Virus record (IMG/VR): IMGVR_UViG_3300045922_000428
Span: 1 to 51,711 of that record
Length of the DNA stretch: 51,711 nt
From: a virus
Lineage: Duplodnaviria > Caudoviricetes
Strand: one strand, 5' to 3'
Shown here: positions 18,526 through 27,723 of the stretch, piece after piece
Layout of the letters: each line of letters begins with the position of its first letter
Numbering within the stretch: position 1 is the stretch's first letter
Notes under the pieces: model-generated
What the model saw: the letters and a program-made list of their open reading frames with translations, nothing else
Databases searched by the model: none
Told to the model about the DNA's origin: nothing
Position numbers and translations under genes: made by a program

Positions 18526-19130
18526 GCGTCTCAAACAAATTGACAAGCTCGGCCGGCTTCTCTATCAGTGAAGTACGGGACCCACAAAAGCTTTACGATG
18601 TGTTCAAACAATCCTACACTGCGGAAACCGGCAAGTCGTGGGATCAACAAAAGTTTGAAAGTCGTGCCAGCAACTGGAGGTTCTACGGCGACGAGAACGG
18701 CTACGTGGCGGTCAGACCACAAAGGTCCGGGATGTACAAGTTGGTCGGCGTGGCTGGTGCACCGCGCAGCATCGTCAGGGGGCTCGACCAGCTGATAGCC
18801 GAGGACGTTCCGATCTGGGGCGCGGTTTCAGAGCCGTTGGCGCTCATGGCGCGTCGGAAGGGCTTCGTGGCACCGCACCTGCACTTTGGTGGGCCCACAC
18901 TGATCAAGCACGTGCTTAGCAACGTGCCTGACAGCGTGTTTGGGGGCATCAAGCCCACGATCAACAACGACGGTTCGATTGAACTTGACTACCCGGACAC
19001 TGGAAAGGCCACGAAATACCTCATTGCCAATAAAAAATACCTGAAGCAGCTGACCGGTGTTCCGCAAGTGGCTGATAAGATCAAGGAGTCGTCTGCCGTC
19101 AAAGCGTTCATGAGGCTTGTGGGTCTGTAA
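18522..19130 (+). CDS. Hypothetical protein within the ART cassette (possibly GNAT-like fold)
   Basis: GTGA-coupled to paralog A; fold guess from the alpha/beta pattern only. Confidence 0.6.
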   Translation: MSVSNKLTSSAGFSISEVRDPQKLYDVFKQSYTAETGKSWDQQKFESRASNWRFYGDENGYVAVRPQRSGMYKLVGVAGAPRSIVRGLDQLIAEDVPIWGAVSEPLALMARRKGFVAPHLHFGGPTLIKHVLSNVPDSVFGGIKPTINNDGSIELDYPDTGKATKYLIANKKYLKQLTGVPQVADKIKESSAVKAFMRLVGL

Positions 19131-19131
19131 G

Positions 19132-20880
19132 ATGTCAGACACAAACGACGCCAAGAAGAACAATCGTGTGCACGCCGCCATCATGGCGTGGCACGCCTCG
19201 CCTTACAATTTTGACAAGTTTGCCCCCATGCGGAATGTTTCCGGCCAAGGACAAGGCGCCGCAACGTATGGACGCGGCGCGGCGTACCTTGCTGAAAGCG
19301 AGAAGGTTTCGGGGCCTGGTCTATCCGAATATATGAAGGAGTTTCGGTCGCATCCAGAAGTTACTAAACAACTGGATAAACCGAGATACCAGATCCGCGA
19401 TCCTAACAATAGGGATAATTGGATAGATCTTGCGGCACATCGTGACTTCTTCAAATTTCACGATAACTCGTCTTCGCAAGACCTTGATCATCCTGAATTT
19501 GGTAAAAACTTTGTACTATCTGAGCTTTCTTCTGACAACAGCGTTGGTAGGCGCAACGCATTTATTGATAGTCTTAAGAGTCGCCTAAACTTGTATCGCG
19601 GCGTTTCAGACGACGAGAAAAAAGAGCTGCTTGAGAAAACAAAAGAAGATATGCGGGCAAGGTTTGACTGGGAAGCGTACGACATTGAGCACGCCAAGAA
19701 AGTAATTGACTACCTCCAAAGCGATCATTACCGCAACGATGTCCGCTATTATAACCCCTATACTGAGGGGAATTATTTTTTGGACCAACCACTGTCCTAT
19801 TGGTCAACGGCTCTGAAGAACAATACAATTGAGCCTAAGCTGATCAAAAAATTCAAAGAACTTGGTTTGCTAACAGATGTTGACCATGAAGTCGCGGCTG
19901 AAGAAACTTCAAGAATGTTGGAATACATCATTGAAACCATGGATGACTCATATGAAGACCATATTTTTACCAGCGTTGAAGATATGGCCGAACACTATAT
20001 CGAAATGAAATTGGACACTATGGAACATGAGAATATATACGATCTTGAGAAGGAAGATGAATATTGGAAATATATCAAAAAGCATTTGATGCCAAAGTTT
20101 GAAGATCGTATGAAGTTGGGGGGGCCGTATTCCTATCGCGTGGCCGTTCACGCCAGACCGGAAACTCTGCTTGATTGGGACAAACCGTTTTCGAGGCAGC
20201 ATCCAAACGTCCAAGAGGCAATTCTGCGTGCCGTGCCAGTGCTAGATAGACAGTTGTTTCCAAGCGACGAGTCTCACAGAGCGGCTGTGGAGCTTATTCA
20301 AAAGAATGCACGACACATCTATGCCGGTCTTAAGACTGGTAGGAACATCTACGAAAATCTTTCGCATGCGCACGCACTCCCGGACTCGCAGGAGCATGAC
20401 GAGGAAAAACGGCTCCGCGACGGCGCGTACAACGCTTCTGAGGCGTTGTACAATGCGGGTGTTCACGGGATTCGATACTTGGACGGGAATAGCCGAGCGT
20501 TGGCATCAGAACTTTACATCAAAGAAAAAGACTCAGAGATGTATGTTTCACCGACTGCCCGTGGCCCAAACGCAAGGTGGGAAGCGGGATATGCTGCCCG
20601 GTATGTCGAAAAAAATCACATCGACAGTGTACCAGAGTTGATCCAAGCACTTTCTAATTCCGGCTATGTTGCAGAAAATGCTCTTAAATGGGTGGAATCC
20701 AACAAGGATAAATTGCATATCAAGGTCCCGAAGCGGACCTACAACTATGTCATCTTTCACCCCGAGGTGTTGGAAATATTGGCCAAGTACAATATTCATG
20801 GAGACATGATCGAGTCGTTTGGCCCAGGCGCGCACTTCAAGGAAGTTGATCACAATCCATTTGAGGATGAAGACAAATGA
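19132..20880 (+). CDS. ART-PolyVal-like protein, paralog B
   Basis: WHASPYNFDKF...GQGQGAATYGRG..YLAE; LLDWD; GVHGIRYLDGNSR; TYNYVIFH. Confidence 0.7.
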   Translation: MSDTNDAKKNNRVHAAIMAWHASPYNFDKFAPMRNVSGQGQGAATYGRGAAYLAESEKVSGPGLSEYMKEFRSHPEVTKQLDKPRYQIRDPNNRDNWIDLAAHRDFFKFHDNSSSQDLDHPEFGKNFVLSELSSDNSVGRRNAFIDSLKSRLNLYRGVSDDEKKELLEKTKEDMRARFDWEAYDIEHAKKVIDYLQSDHYRNDVRYYNPYTEGNYFLDQPLSYWSTALKNNTIEPKLIKKFKELGLLTDVDHEVAAEETSRMLEYIIETMDDSYEDHIFTSVEDMAEHYIEMKLDTMEHENIYDLEKEDEYWKYIKKHLMPKFEDRMKLGGPYSYRVAVHARPETLLDWDKPFSRQHPNVQEAILRAVPVLDRQLFPSDESHRAAVELIQKNARHIYAGLKTGRNIYENLSHAHALPDSQEHDEEKRLRDGAYNASEALYNAGVHGIRYLDGNSRALASELYIKEKDSEMYVSPTARGPNARWEAGYAARYVEKNHIDSVPELIQALSNSGYVAENALKWVESNKDKLHIKVPKRTYNYVIFHPEVLEILAKYNIHGDMIESFGPGAHFKEVDHNPFEDEDK

Positions 20881-22241
20881 GCCGCTTCAAGATTGCCTCG
20901 CGGCTGTACCACGCCTCGCCTTATGATTTCAACCAGCTTCGGGATCCACTGGATTACGTAGGAAAGGGTCAGGGCGCCAGTACGTACGGCGCCGGGCTGT
21001 ACGTTGCAGAGAGCCCCGAAATCAGTGGGCCCGGACGTTCTCACTACATGCTTGAATTTGATCTGCATCCGGCGGTCATTGCGCGATCAGGCGAGCCCCA
21101 GGAATTTTTTCTCAATAAAAAAGTGTCACCAAATGCAGGTGCTCTTAATGCATACTCGGACAATGATATTGAATATCTTCGCAAAATTGTCAATTCCGAA
21201 GCAGATCGTGTAAGTAAGACTAGGGATAATCATCCAATTTTTGACCACCAAGTAAATCTGAAAAATATGAGCAATGCAGAAGTAATTAGCGGTCTCCGGA
21301 GACTATTTTCAAAATACCGTTCTGTCTTTAACAGCGGTTGGTACGGTGATAATCTGAATTTTCACGATTTTTTACATTTGTATCCTACTAGTGTAGAGAA
21401 GCGTGCCCTGTCCAAGCCTGTTGACAAAAAAGAGCGCTCTGACGCAGAGTTTGCAAAAATGCTAGCCGGCGTGAGCAGTATTTTGCCTGGTGAAACATTT
21501 CAATATCGACGACTGGACGGCGGGCCACTTTCATATGAGATGTCGTTTGGACTCGGTCCGCACGAAGTGCTTCTGTGGGACCACCCGCTTGATGTTCACC
21601 ACCCAGACGCCCGCACGGCACTTGAGCAACTGTACGACGACGAGGTCGGTCTGCCACGCATACAATCGCGTATAGATCGTCGTGGAATTGGGGAACGTTA
21701 CTTTGTCGATATGGCTGAGTATACCAGTGGTGAAGAGCTGTATAAAGAGCTAGCAAACCGTCTTGGGGGCCGGGAAAAAGCATCTCGTTTGCTCCGATCA
21801 TACGGAATTCGCGCCATCAAATACCGGGATCAAAAAAGCAGGTGGTTGGACAACGAACTTTTGCTTGATCTGGACACCAATTCTGAAGAGTTTCCTAAGC
21901 CGACGTCCGACGAAGACGAGGCTTTTTTTGTTTTGAAAAACATGGTGCGGTCTAGGGAGTTTTACACGCTTGATGAAATCAATAGTTATATTGAAGACTT
22001 TATTAAAAGAAAACTTGCTTCCCCAGTTTTTGAAATTACTTTGAAAAATGCGCAGAAGTTCTTGAAAAAGTACAAAGATAGGTTGTCAATACGCGTGCCG
22101 GAGCGCACACACAATTATGTGTTGCTTGACGAGAAAGCTGCCAGGCTGCTTGCCAAGTATGACATTAAAGGAAACAAGGTAGAAGACTTTGGGGGCGAGG
22201 CCGTCGTATTGAAGCCTGTGGACCATGACCCGTTCAAGTAG
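20877..22241 (+). CDS. ART-PolyVal-like protein, paralog C
   Basis: YHASPYDF...GKGQGASTYGAGLYVAE; LLWD; GIRAIKYRDQKSR; THNYVLLD. Confidence 0.7.
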   Translation: MSRFKIASRLYHASPYDFNQLRDPLDYVGKGQGASTYGAGLYVAESPEISGPGRSHYMLEFDLHPAVIARSGEPQEFFLNKKVSPNAGALNAYSDNDIEYLRKIVNSEADRVSKTRDNHPIFDHQVNLKNMSNAEVISGLRRLFSKYRSVFNSGWYGDNLNFHDFLHLYPTSVEKRALSKPVDKKERSDAEFAKMLAGVSSILPGETFQYRRLDGGPLSYEMSFGLGPHEVLLWDHPLDVHHPDARTALEQLYDDEVGLPRIQSRIDRRGIGERYFVDMAEYTSGEELYKELANRLGGREKASRLLRSYGIRAIKYRDQKSRWLDNELLLDLDTNSEEFPKPTSDEDEAFFVLKNMVRSREFYTLDEINSYIEDFIKRKLASPVFEITLKNAQKFLKKYKDRLSIRVPERTHNYVLLDEKAARLLAKYDIKGNKVEDFGGEAVVLKPVDHDPFK

Positions 22242-22267
22242 CCGACACAAAGCTGGCTGATTTTTTA

Positions 22268-22296
22268 TGTACACGAGCCAAGAAACGCGGTAATCG
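22268..22296 (+). promoter_or_regulatory. Putative promoter TGTACACG-N8-AACGCGGTA upstream of the coat gene
   Basis: Matches the motif at 8208. Confidence 0.5.
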
Positions 22297-22428
22297 TACG
22301 CCCACAACTGGGCTTCGGCCCTGCAGAGCCTGCATGACATCCTCGGTTGCTGGCGCCGAGAAAAACTTGTTGGATGCTCAAGATCTTCCGACAAGCCGAC
22401 GCCAACCCATCAACCGAAGGAGGCCCAC

Positions 22429-23664
22429 GTGGCCAATCAGCTTCTCACCATCAACATGGTCACCCGCGAGGCGGTGCGGCTGTGGAAGAACAGCAACGCC
22501 TTCCTCCAGAGTATCGACACCCAGTACGACGACCAGTACGCGCGTACCGGCGCAAAGATCGGGATGTCGCTGCGCATCAGGCTGCCGAACGACTACATCG
22601 TCCGTACCGGACCGGCAATCCAGACGCAGGGCACGACCGAACCGTCGATCAGTCTGGTCGTCGCGACCCAGAAGGGCGTCGACATCGACTTCAACTCCGC
22701 TGAGCGCACCATGTCGCTCGACGACTACTCCAGCCGGGTGCTGGCGCCTGCCATCAACAATCTGGCCGGCAACATCGCTGCGGACATCATGGGCGGCGTC
22801 GAGGGCGGGATCTGCAACTTCATCGCCAACGTCGACGGCGGCGGCAACATTCTCAGTCCGACCGCCGCCACCTGGCTGACCGCTGGGGCCATCCTCGACG
22901 CCAACTCTGCGCCCATGGCAGACCGCAAGGTGGTCAATGACCCGTTCTCCGATGCGCGGACGGTCGCCACGCTCGCGGGTCTCTTCAACCCGACACCGCG
23001 CATCAGTGAGCAGTACAACACTGGCGCGATGCGTGACGCGCTGGGCTACCTGTGGATGCGCGATCAGACTGTCATCAAGCACCGGAACGGCAGCTTCACG
23101 GCCGGCACGGTCAATGGCGCCAACCAGACGGGCACCACGCTGCTGGTCAACCCGATCACTGGTTCGCTGAACCAAGGCGACATCATCACCATCGCTGGCG
23201 TCAACGCGGTGAACCGTATCACCAAGGTGACGACAGGCCAGCCGCGACAGTTCGTCGTGACTGCGCCGGCGCCCTCGGGTTCGACGTCGATCAACATCTT
23301 CCCCGCACTGGTGCCGGGCACCCAGAACTACAATCCCGACACCGGCAACGGTGCGCAACAGTACCAGACAGTCGACTTCTCGCCGGCCAACGCCGCGCCG
23401 ATCGCGCTCACCTCGCTGCCCAACGCAGTCTATCGCAAGAACTTCCTGTTCGCGCCCGAGGCTGTGACCATGGCGGCGGCGGATCTTGAGCTGCCCACGG
23501 GCTCGGTGTCCGAGGCCTACCGAGAGAGCTTCGACAACATCTCGATCCGCATGGTCACCGGCTACCTGCTCGGCACGGACGTCACTGTGACGCGAATGGA
23601 CGTTCTGTACGGCTATGTCTGGGTGCGCCCGGAATGGGCAGTGGTCGTCGCCGATTCGATCTGA
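22429..23664 (+). CDS. Major capsid protein (P22 coat-like)
   Basis: MANQLLTINMVTREA, QYDD.YA..GAKIG..LRIRLP, RMDVLYG...RPEWA; AAGGAGG SD; strong codon bias. Confidence 0.92.
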   Translation: MANQLLTINMVTREAVRLWKNSNAFLQSIDTQYDDQYARTGAKIGMSLRIRLPNDYIVRTGPAIQTQGTTEPSISLVVATQKGVDIDFNSAERTMSLDDYSSRVLAPAINNLAGNIAADIMGGVEGGICNFIANVDGGGNILSPTAATWLTAGAILDANSAPMADRKVVNDPFSDARTVATLAGLFNPTPRISEQYNTGAMRDALGYLWMRDQTVIKHRNGSFTAGTVNGANQTGTTLLVNPITGSLNQGDIITIAGVNAVNRITKVTTGQPRQFVVTAPAPSGSTSINIFPALVPGTQNYNPDTGNGAQQYQTVDFSPANAAPIALTSLPNAVYRKNFLFAPEAVTMAAADLELPTGSVSEAYRESFDNISIRMVTGYLLGTDVTVTRMDVLYGYVWVRPEWAVVVADSI

Positions 23665-23702
23665 TCTACGATTGACTCGGTGAGTGTTTTGTTCAACTGA
23701 AC

Positions 23703-23730
23703 CGGGGTCCGCTGTAACTCAGCGGCCCCG
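23703..23730 (+). terminator. Stem-loop after the coat gene
   Basis: cggggtccgctg-taact-cagcggccccg. Confidence 0.45.
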
Positions 23731-23751
23731 TCAACGCAAAGGAAACTTCCT

Positions 23752-24027
23752 GTGAACTACCCGGCAAACACGGGGCGCGTGCCAGAGCCGGCATACGTCC
23801 ATCAGGAGTTCCCGAAGTGGGTGAACGGGCGCATCGTCTATTCCGCAGAGGAAGAGCAGGCGGTGTCCAACAAAGAGCCCGAAGACCCGCCGACCGTCAC
23901 CGTGAGCGTGGCTCAAATGGAGCCGGCTCACGTTGAGGTGCCGCCGCCTCAGATGTTGAGCGGAGACTCCAACCACCTGTTCCCGACACCGACCAAGTCT
24001 GGTCGTCGGGCGGGTGTCAAGCGGTAA
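23752..24027 (+). CDS. Hypothetical protein
   Basis: QEFPKWV...IV.SAEEE motif, common right after coat genes of such phages. Confidence 0.6.
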   Translation: MNYPANTGRVPEPAYVHQEFPKWVNGRIVYSAEEEQAVSNKEPEDPPTVTVSVAQMEPAHVEVPPPQMLSGDSNHLFPTPTKSGRRAGVKR

Positions 24028-24033
24028 CGTCAA

Positions 24034-25032
24034 GTGTCCGCCATCACCACCGCCCATGAGCTGATCGTCCAGGCCCTCAAGGAAGCGAAGATCCTTGGCG
24101 TCGGGCAGATGCCACAGGCGTCGGACGTTGACGATGCGTTGAAGCGCCTCAACATGATGGTGGGCCAGTGGAACGCCAAACGTTGGTTGATCTACAACCT
24201 CAAAGACGTGCCGCGTATTTCAAACGGCGGTCAGGTTTACACCGTGGGTCCAGGCGGCGAGATCAACATCACTCGACCAAACGCAATTCAGTCGGCTTAC
24301 ATCCGCGCACGTCCCGGTCCCGCCAACATTCAGCCATCTGCGAGCTACGTGGTGCCGGTAGGCCCGTCGCCTTTTGTCTACCAGACGCCGGTGCCCGGCA
24401 CAATGACGTCGGTTGGCGGCGTCGGCGTTTCCGTCCTGTACTCAAGCGGGCTTGGACCTCCGGTATGGACACCCAGCAATTTCCCGATTGCGCTCAACGC
24501 CCAAGACTCGATTCAAGTCGTGTATTCGTCGGCCCCGACTCTGACGTTTTTCCCGACATCGCAGACGCAGGTCTTGACCGACGCACCGTTGTTTAGTGTC
24601 GACCGGCCATTGACTAGGATTGCGTCTTATGAAGACTATTCCAGGTTGACTTTGAAGGGGCTTGAAGGCTATCCTACCTATTTCTTCTATGATCCAAAGT
24701 TTCCCCTGGGAGAATTGCGCGTGTGGCCTACGCCGCAAGCCAACATCTATGAAATCCACATCATTGTTCGTGATGTGTTGAAGACGTTTGAAAATCTGGG
24801 CGCTACACTGAACATTCCGCCGGAGTATACGGGAGCACTTCTCTACAATCTGGCAGTGCGATTGAGGAGTATGGTGGGCCTTCCGCCGGATCCTGTAATT
24901 GTGGGGTTGGCCCGCGACTCGCTTGAAGTGTTGCGCAGTACCAATGCAGCTATCCAGACGCTCAACATGCCGTTTGAGCTTCAGAACCGGCGCACCGGTG
25001 GCTGGCGCGGCGATGTGACAACGATCGTGTGA
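24034..25032 (+). CDS. Head-to-tail adaptor (P22 gp4-like) with an internal beta-domain insertion
   Basis: T..ELI..AL....LG.GQ...D...LN.M..QW; P.EY..AL.YNLAVRL; synteny. Confidence 0.75.
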   Translation: MSAITTAHELIVQALKEAKILGVGQMPQASDVDDALKRLNMMVGQWNAKRWLIYNLKDVPRISNGGQVYTVGPGGEINITRPNAIQSAYIRARPGPANIQPSASYVVPVGPSPFVYQTPVPGTMTSVGGVGVSVLYSSGLGPPVWTPSNFPIALNAQDSIQVVYSSAPTLTFFPTSQTQVLTDAPLFSVDRPLTRIASYEDYSRLTLKGLEGYPTYFFYDPKFPLGELRVWPTPQANIYEIHIIVRDVLKTFENLGATLNIPPEYTGALLYNLAVRLRSMVGLPPDPVIVGLARDSLEVLRSTNAAIQTLNMPFELQNRRTGGWRGDVTTIV

Positions 25033-26453
25033 TGCCCCAGAAGATCCCCCTGTCAGGAGGTTCATATACAGCACGCTCGGTTATTTCCGACGCGCAGGCT
25101 TGCATCAACATGTTCCCAGAGAAGAACCAGCAGACTAGCGAGCTCCCGTTCGTCTATTACCCGACGCCGGGTCTTGTCAAGTTTGCCCAGGGACCTTTTG
25201 GAGCTGTTCGCGGATTGTACGAGGCGTCAAATAACAATGTCTATGCTGTAATTGACAACGGCTTCTACGAGCTGTCGTCGGGCGGCGCATTGACATTACG
25301 CGGAAACATCACGCCTGGCTCTAGTCCTGTTAGGTTTGTTGACAACACATTCGAAATTGTCATCTTTGACGGCACGTCCAACGGTTGGTACATGGATCTG
25401 ACTACCAACACATTTGCGGCCATCTCCGACCCTGCTTGGTACGGTTCCGTGGGTGGCGGTTACCTGGACTCGTTCATGGTGTTCAATCGTCCCGGCACGC
25501 GCGACTGGTACGCTACTGAGTCCAATCAATTTCTGCCGCTTAACCCGTTGTACTTTGCGCGTAAGACGGCGGCAGGCGATTTGTTGCGCACCGTCACAGT
25601 GCGTGATCGTTCTATCTTGCTGCTTGGTGAAAACAGCCTTGAATTCTGGTTCAACTCCGGTAACGAAAGTTTTCCGTTTGCCATCCAGGCGGGCGCGTTT
25701 GAAGACATCGGGATTGCGGCGCCTTATAGTCTAGCGCAATTTTCAGGCACGTCGTTCTGGCTTTCAAAGAACCTTGCCGGCGACTCTCTCGCGGTTTCGT
25801 GCACTGAGTATCGCGTGGATCGCGTGTCCAACTACGCCATCGAGGCCGAGTGGAAGACGTATACGACCGTTGAGGACGCTATTGGCTTCGTGTATCAGAG
25901 TGGCGGCCATGTATTCTATGTTTTGAATTTCCCAACTGCAAATCGCACATGGGTCTACGACGCACAAGAAAATCTTTGGCACCGACGCGCGTACTTAGAA
26001 AGTGATGGTACGTTCTCGCGCCACCGGGCAAATTGCCACGTGTATGCTTTTGGGCGCCAATTGGTGGGCGATTACCAGAATGGTGCCATTTACGACATGT
26101 CTGACTCTGCTTACACGGACGACGGCACGGCCATCAGACGAGTGCGAGGTTTTCCGACAATTTCAGCGGACCAGCGCCGTATTTCGTATCTGCGGTTTGC
26201 ACTTGAAATGGAGGTTGGTAGTGCGCCTCTCGGCGTGGTGCCAACTGTAGAAATGCGGTACAGCGACAACTACGGTCGGACGTGGTCCGATTATTTGCAT
26301 CAGTCGTTGGGAGAGACTGGAGAATTCAACAGGTCCGTGGTTTGGAATAGACTTGGACTTGGACGAAATCGCGTTTTTGAAGTATCGTGGTCGTTCAATG
26401 GGCCCACCGCGCTCAAGGGTGCATTTGTAGAAATGGAGGTGTCTGAAACATGA
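25029..26453 (+). CDS. Packaged DNA stabilization / tail hub protein (P22 gp10-like)
   Basis: INMFPE, PTPGL, GHVFYVLNFP...TWVYD...WH, GDYQNG, W.RLG.GR.RVFEV. Confidence 0.85.
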   Translation: MMPQKIPLSGGSYTARSVISDAQACINMFPEKNQQTSELPFVYYPTPGLVKFAQGPFGAVRGLYEASNNNVYAVIDNGFYELSSGGALTLRGNITPGSSPVRFVDNTFEIVIFDGTSNGWYMDLTTNTFAAISDPAWYGSVGGGYLDSFMVFNRPGTRDWYATESNQFLPLNPLYFARKTAAGDLLRTVTVRDRSILLLGENSLEFWFNSGNESFPFAIQAGAFEDIGIAAPYSLAQFSGTSFWLSKNLAGDSLAVSCTEYRVDRVSNYAIEAEWKTYTTVEDAIGFVYQSGGHVFYVLNFPTANRTWVYDAQENLWHRRAYLESDGTFSRHRANCHVYAFGRQLVGDYQNGAIYDMSDSAYTDDGTAIRRVRGFPTISADQRRISYLRFALEMEVGSAPLGVVPTVEMRYSDNYGRTWSDYLHQSLGETGEFNRSVVWNRLGLGRNRVFEVSWSFNGPTALKGAFVEMEVSET

Positions 26454-27376
26454 GCACCTCACTGACAAACACGTTCAAGAACTCGTTTCCACTGGCAAAG
26501 CATCCGTTGGTGGACACCAGTGGATGCGTGACAGATCCGTGGCTGCGACTTATTCAGTCGTTGTGGAACCGCACTGGTAGTTACAATGGCTTCAACGGTC
26601 CGGGACTTGTTGACAACGTCAATTCAATTGTACTTTCTGATGTGACTAATCTTGACATGATAGCATTGGATGAAGTGCAGAATGTTCGGGATCCTTTTGT
26701 CGGGCTGCTCTCATCGAGTGAAGGCGTTCAGGATCCTTTTGTCGGGCTGTCCACGCCGAGTGAGTCCGATCCGTCAGCAATGCTTCCAGCAATCTCAGAA
26801 TTGCGCGAGCTTGGCTACGCAGCCGGATTCAACTATCCGTTGGTGTCGTGCAACGTTTCTGCAACTGGGGCGTTGGCAGCTGAAAATCGCATCTACCTTG
26901 TGCCTTTCTACGTTCGTGCCGCATCCGTGAGGTTCTCGTCATTCAGCGCACGCGTGGTGACCGGCGGCGCCGGATCTGCTGCCAAACTTGGCGTGTGGGC
27001 TACGTACCAAGGTCTTCCTTCTGGGCTTCCAATAGTTGCCGACAATACAGGCGTTGCCACCACTACTTCCGGCGCCATTGTCACGTTCGCAGCTGCTGCA
27101 ACGTTGACGCGAGGCTGGTACTACTACGGTGTCAAGGTGACAAGCGCCACGCGCCCAGTGTTTTTGAATATTCCAGGCACAGGTACGGAGGTCTCATCAC
27201 TTCACGGCGCGCCAACCGCATCGGCGGCTCTTGGGAACGGTGCCACAGTTCAAGCGGCTGGCTTGTTTGTTGATGACGCCTACGCCAACCCAATGCCAGA
27301 CTTAACTTCTGCGTCATTTTCCGCGTCTACGGGTGCGTCGCAAGGCGTCCCAATCATCTCCGCGCTTGTGGCATAA
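26450..27376 (+). CDS. Tail needle/fibre-like protein
   Basis: PLVD..G..T.PW....LWNRTG N-terminus typical after gp10; beta-rich C-terminus. Confidence 0.55.
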   Translation: MSTSLTNTFKNSFPLAKHPLVDTSGCVTDPWLRLIQSLWNRTGSYNGFNGPGLVDNVNSIVLSDVTNLDMIALDEVQNVRDPFVGLLSSSEGVQDPFVGLSTPSESDPSAMLPAISELRELGYAAGFNYPLVSCNVSATGALAAENRIYLVPFYVRAASVRFSSFSARVVTGGAGSAAKLGVWATYQGLPSGLPIVADNTGVATTTSGAIVTFAAAATLTRGWYYYGVKVTSATRPVFLNIPGTGTEVSSLHGAPTASAALGNGATVQAAGLFVDDAYANPMPDLTSASFSASTGASQGVPIISALVA

Positions 27377-27387
27377 GGAGACCAGGC

Positions 27388-27723
27388 ATGGCATTCACAC
27401 CTCAACAACTGACGCCGACCCAAGCGGTGCCGACCACTGTTACGGCGGTTTATACGACACCCGCAGGTGCGCGTGCAATCATCCGTCAGGCCGTTTTGAC
27501 AAACGTCACAAACGGGCCGCACACAGTGACGATCCACGTGGTGCCTGCAGCTGGCAGCCCGACCACCGACAACATTATCACCTTTGAGCAACGTCTGGGG
27601 CCGGCCGAGACTCAGATTGTCCAACCTCTGCTCAACACCGTGTTGACTGGCGGCGTTACCGTTCAAGCCGTGGCTTCGTCAGCCGCCTCAGTCAACATCA
27701 CTTTGGGAGGATTGTTCGTGTAA
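27388..27723 (+). CDS. Small structural protein
   Basis: AAGGAG SD; beta-rich YT.PA...II...TN pattern. Confidence 0.6.
   Translation: MAFTPQQLTPTQAVPTTVTAVYTTPAGARAIIRQAVLTNVTNGPHTVTIHVVPAAGSPTTDNIITFEQRLGPAETQIVQPLLNTVLTGGVTVQAVASSAASVNITLGGLFV

Noticed and set aside
16834-22241. Inteins, introns or a diversity-generating retroelement explaining the variable inserts
   Set aside because: No intein splice motifs, homing endonuclease, reverse transcriptase or TR/VR pair seen
22378-23358. Long antisense ORFs here and at 15175-16473, 4796-5788 and 47733-48809
   Set aside because: GC-rich shadow frames opposite well-supported genes
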